A stretch of DNA of 64,000 bases from contig CAVNZM010000003.1 of the NCBI GenBank assembly GCA_963693365.1, positions 7,683,312 through 7,747,311 of the forward strand. The letters are read 5' to 3'. This DNA comes from Amoebidium appalachense. Its lineage: Eukaryota > Protista > Ichthyosporea. Below are positions 60,381-64,000 of this stretch, piece after piece. Under the pieces are notes generated by a model that was not told the origin of the DNA, did no database searches, and saw only the letters and a list, made by a program, of their open reading frames with translations. Positions within the stretch are counted from its first letter, which is position 1. Each line of letters begins with the position of its first letter. The position numbers and the translations under genes were made by a program.

Positions 60381-61017
60381 ACACACACACCACACACCTT
60401 CGCTTTCAGCTATCCTCTCTGGTGCAAATTGGGCCCTCAGTTCACTTAAAGCAGCTGCATTGATTGGCCCCTCACGTTTCTGGACGAACATACAGGCAAC
60501 GAGATATTAGGTAGTTTAGATATACAACCCAGAAAGAAATTTCAATATGTGATCTGGCAATAAAGACATAAAAACCATAATGGGAGAGAAGTCTGAGGAT
60601 GGGATATAGCGTGCTTAAGATATGTGACTGGGGAAGAAGCAGAAATATGCTATGCATACCTTGTATGAGAAAAAGAGAGTATGCTGAGCAGGTACCCGGA
60701 TCGTGGAATACACAAACTAAGAGTAAGTATACCATAGGTTCCTGCAATATTTCAAAGTGGATAAAACTCAACACGGAGTGGAAAATAATTCAGGAACCGA
60801 AAATGAATACACCATAGGAATATGCAATTTGATTAAGCCCATCCTCATCACATGGTGGGGGGGAGGATGTTTTTGTGTGTGTGTGTGGGGGGGGGGGGGG
60901 GGGGGGAGGGGGGGGGGGTTACCTCTCTCTCCTCGTCCATTTTCCTTTTCCTTTCGGCATAGTCTGGGTGGCGCTCAAGTTCGAGACTGAGCTTTTCGTA
61001 CATGATGTTGGCAACCT

Positions 61018-61079
<62 letters not shown>

Positions 61080-61266
61080 TGTTGGGGGTGTTGGGGGGGG
61101 GGGGGGGGGGGGGGGGGGAGGGAGCGGTAATATGTGTTATAGACGAAATTCACAAAATCCATTATCAGCAGTTTGCATCCCCCCAAGGGCCTAAGTAATC
61201 CACAGTACACCCCGAGTTTAGACGCATTTTCGTACACTGTGTTCGTAAAGAGGGGGAGAGGAGGAG

Positions 61267-61309
<43 letters not shown>

Positions 61310-61746
61310 GGGGGGGGGGGGGGAGGGGGGGGGGGGGGGGAGGGGGGGAGAGGGACGGGGTGTAGATTGTTTTAAAGGCCCGGGAGTCCACGGAGACCAC
61401 CATGCAGATAACACAGAAAAGCACACACATAGCAAGTATGCATCAAAGGCAGAGTCCTTCCTCGGTTATCCACAGCACCAGAGCTTCGACCAATTCAATG
61501 ATCTCACATGCCAAACCTAATCGGATGTACACTGCTTCTTTTGAACATGGGTGGCTCACCTTTCCTGCGAATGGGGCGGAAGAGGGGGAGGGGGGTGGGG
61601 GGGGTGGGAGGAAAGAAATGTCCTACAGAAAACAACGAGCACATTCATAACAAGCAACAAAATGCGTGCTACAAACACGCGTAAAAGGTGTACACCGGTG
61701 GTGATGGTGGTGATTTTCGTGGTGGGTGGTTGAGTAATGTGTGTGT

Positions 61747-61801
<55 letters not shown>

Positions 61802-63093
61802 GGGGGGGGGGGGGGGGGGGGGGATGTATTTTCCCACCTCCAATTGCTGCATGCTGCTGCTTCCCCCCATTATGACCTTGAGTTGGGCTTCAAGCTCACC
61901 CTCAAGATCGGACACATCCTTGGTCCTCTCGTCCAATGAAAACCCCCCATGGCCCCTGAACACGTGATATTTAGCCAACCAGCAGCGTTTTTTTTGTTTC
62001 TGTCGCATGCCAACCCTTACTTTGGTCCTCCCCCCCCCCCCCCCCTCCCCCCGGACACACACACCCACCCACTGCGCCTCCCCTCCCCACCCACCTTTCT
62101 GCTTGGTGGGCCGGCTCGGCCTCTTTATAATGCCTTCTTCCTTTGCCCCTCACCATCCCCTCCCCTACCCCCCTTCCCCCCCCCCCCTTTCTCGCCTTCC
62201 TCCCCTTTCGCCTTTCAAGTGAAGATGCATACGAGAGAGAGAAAGGCTGGGGAGGAGGGAAGAGGGGGTAGAAAGAGGGGGGTGGGGGGAGGGGGGAGGG
62301 GAGGGGAGGGGGGAGAGAGAAGGGGGGGGGGGGGGGGAGGGAGAGAGGGAGAGAGAGAAGAGAATACACCAGCACACACAGATACCTGACACCCACCTCT
62401 CTGCCAATTTGTTTATTTTGCGCAAAATGCTGTCCAGTTTATCCAACTGCTCCAGCTTGCTCATCACCTGAGGGGGGAGGAAGGGGATGGAGGGGTAAGA
62501 GGGAGGGCGGGGGAAAGAGAGGGGGGGGGGGGGGGTTTTGAATGCGTCAAAAAGTACGAAGTACACAAGAACAAACGGATAACACGATGCAGAATGCAAG
62601 CCATACATAAAGAGTATGCATAATAAGCAGAGCCCATCCTCAGGGGGGGCCCACGTCATCCACAGTACCCGAGTTTCGACCTATTCCCCTCGTTAACGAA
62701 ACCCAACTCAGATACTGTTTCACTTGAACATAGGGGGGGGGGGGGGGGGGGAGTATGCACATGTCTGTGCTAGCACTTCTGCGTGGTTGTATCCATGTGA
62801 TGTAGTACATAAAAACCACATGCAAAACCCAAACGCACCAGAAGTGGCAAGGTTGAAGACATGGCAACCCGTGAACGTGTCGGGATGGGCGTTCGTGGAA
62901 TGAGTTGGTGGTGTAAGGGGTTTTAGCCAGACGAGGGTTTTGGAAGATGAGAAACAAGCAAAAACCAACCTTTGGTTATCGGCATGTTAATGCAAAAGCA
63001 GTGAATTTCTCCCCAGATCACACACCCAAACTCCCCCTATGCAATTCCACAATTCAAGCCACCTTTTCATACTTGCCACCCCCCCCCTCCCCT

Positions 63094-63125
<32 letters not shown>

Positions 63126-63790
63126 ACACCCCCCCCAACCCACCCACCCACCCACACCCACCTACCCTTTCCCCTATGCAGTCTCCCCCCCCCCCCCCCC
63201 TCCCCCCCTCCTCCTCCCCTCCGCCCTCGCTGCACCTACTTCTGCCAGTACGCACCTTTTCAAAGTCGAACACTGATGGCTTGTTGTTGGCAGATGATAC
63301 AGCCTCCTATATTTAACACTAATCAGTTACTCCCCCCTTCAACCCCCCCCCCCCCCTGCCTTCCTTCATTCCCTTCCTTTTCCCCTCCCCATCCAACCCC
63401 TTTCCCCCTCTTCCTACTTCCCTGGCGCTATGCGGTTCCGTCTGTCCCCCCTCTCTCCTCCCAGGGTGCTGCCGACCAAGAAATAAGATGAAAATGTCTC
63501 TTGTTGCCCCAGTGATTAAAGAATTACAGCTAGGTTAAAGAACCCCCCCTCCCACCACCACCACACCCTCACCTCCTCTCCCACGGCTTTTCCACTGAAG
63601 AAGAAAAATTAGTTCCCCTTCGATCGCCTTCCCTGTCCCCCCCCCCCCCCCTCCTCCCCCCCCCTCCCCCAGTGCGTCTATTTATAGGCCATGTTTCTAT
63701 TAATAGCATTTGCCCACCTCTGACTGGTCTAACCTCTGGCTCAGCCTGCTGACCAATGCTCTCCTTCTTTGCCGTTGGCCCTCCCCACAA
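58195..63790 (-). CDS. Uncharacterised helical/coiled-coil protein with C-terminal WH2-like motif; spliced, 5' end outside window
   Basis: Phase-consistent exons 63790-63734, 63306-63256, 62467-62397 (VMSKLEQLDKLDSILRKINKLAER), 61955-61838, 61015-60923 (YEKLSLELERHPDYAERKRKMDEERE), 60479-60398, 59626-59568 (donor GTAAGT), 59105-58980 (AILTRHQNDYRHFVLTGLSGRELRAIYAALPQFRRDQ), 58389-58195 (FKEHLLRKIQEVE..GRGGLLQELARRRPVFE*). Confidence 0.82.
61130..61550 (-). mobile_element. Two degenerate copies of the intronic SINE-like family (about 61130-61245 and 61390-61550)
   Basis: Retain atccacagtac..cccgagttt and atccacagcaccagagcttcgacc..ttgaacat. Confidence 0.5.
62538..62732 (-). mobile_element. Copy of intronic SINE-like family
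   Basis: Over 90% identical by eye to 50415-50603; bounded by G-runs on both sides (+ strand). Confidence 0.85.
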
Positions 63791-64000
63791 CTGGACCCCC
63801 CTCGTTAGTGTGTCGACGCACATGTACATGTGCATCTCCCGCTCATCGCTTTTTGTCAACCTTTCTCGCACACATTCTACGTAAAGAACACTTCCCACCC
63901 CACCCCTTTGCCGACATACACATGCAAAAGGGCGTGTTAGAATAAGAGTAAATTTCAGAAAGAGTAGAACACAATAAACGACATCATATACATACATTTA

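Overview
Eukaryotic genomic DNA, intron-rich and saturated with poly-G/poly-C, (CA)n, (GA)n and (CG)n tracts, so most of the supplied ORF track is repeat artefact. The gene content suggests a unicellular opisthokont (holozoan protist or early-diverging fungus); this is inference. Hand-spliced gene models: (1) the 3' part of a SENP6/7/Ulp2-type SUMO protease (+, to 6213); (2) an intronless TPR-like/zf-MYND gene (-, 7322-8719) lying between duplicated flanks; (3) a small multi-exon gene with a possible ubiquitin-like fold (-, 11530-13942), head-to-head with (4) a 14-exon class C/GABA-B-like GPCR carrying a bacterial-type solute-binding ectodomain (+, 15211-26315); (5) a frameshifted secreted Cys-rich ORF (29640-30274); (6) a tandem array of three intronless paralogues encoding secreted 4xCxxxC proteins with an RR site and a variable amphipathic C-terminal peptide (35.8-45.1 kb), the middle copy carrying a frameshift, a lost TATA box and a MITE insertion; (7) cornichon/ERV14 (-, 48253-54269); (8) an actin remnant (57.0-57.1 kb); (9) the 3' part of a coiled-coil protein gene ending in a WH2-like motif (-, 58195 to beyond the window). 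Also present are two non-autonomous DNA transposons with target-site duplications and a SINE-like repeat family whose clear copies all sit in introns in host-sense orientation. No database searches were run; all family calls come from motif recognition.
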